Assembly (NCBI GenBank): GCA_038087875.1
Contig: JAXLNO010005863.1
Coordinates: 434,001 to 498,000, forward strand
DNA length: 64,000 nt
Source of the DNA: Malacoraja senta
Taxonomy: Eukaryota
Direction of reading: 5' to 3'
The translations under genes and the position numbers were made by a program. The notes below the pieces were generated by a model. It saw only the letters and a program-made list of their open reading frames with translations. It had not been told where the DNA came from and made no database searches. The first letter of the stretch is position 1. Each line of letters starts with the position of its first letter. Shown piece after piece: positions 63,921 to 64,000 of this stretch.

Positions 63921-64000
63921 ATTATCACGACGTTCAAGGACAGTTTGGTTGTGAGGTGAACGATCACAGTCCCACTGTAGGGATATTGAAGTTGGCTTTT
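63921..64000 (+). CDS. MHC class I-like heavy chain, alpha2 exon (5' part; continues beyond window)
   Basis: Strong acceptor tttttatttcAG, phase 1 in frame with alpha1: (N)YHDVQGQFGCEVNDHSPTVGILKLAF matches the H..Q..(Y/F)GCE...G....A(Y/F) alpha2 pattern. Not in the ORF track. Confidence 0.88.

Overview
This is eukaryotic DNA. The repeat content (HE1/V-SINE-type SINEs, CR1 LINEs with (CTATGTTT)n tails, Penelope-like elements) points to a cartilaginous fish, probably a skate or ray (inference). Two host genes lie on the + strand. (1) The last three coding exons of an NXPE3-like PC-esterase/SGNH gene (403-476, 4187-4396, 7064-7605). (2) An MHC class I heavy-chain-like gene with a leader exon (27180-27231), alpha1 exon (49061-49321) and the start of the alpha2 exon (63921 to the window end). 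Its introns are very large (21.8 kb and 14.6 kb) and its residues suggest a divergent or non-classical lineage. Almost everything else is nested mobile DNA: a DIRS tyrosine-recombinase retrotransposon with complete ITR/ICR ends, many CR1, Rex1/Babar, L1 and RTE LINE pieces, Penelope-like GIY-YIG elements whose terminal repeats carry hammerhead-ribozyme motifs, a hAT-in-hAT nest with intact TSDs, MITEs, a Helitron-like end and minisatellites. The most notable observations are the hammerhead-bearing repeat units (single, palindromic and tandem), an L1 fragment with a 163-bp target-site duplication, the DIRS element whose two flanks come from different host elements, and the divergent class I gene. 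All alignments were made by eye and no database searches were run.
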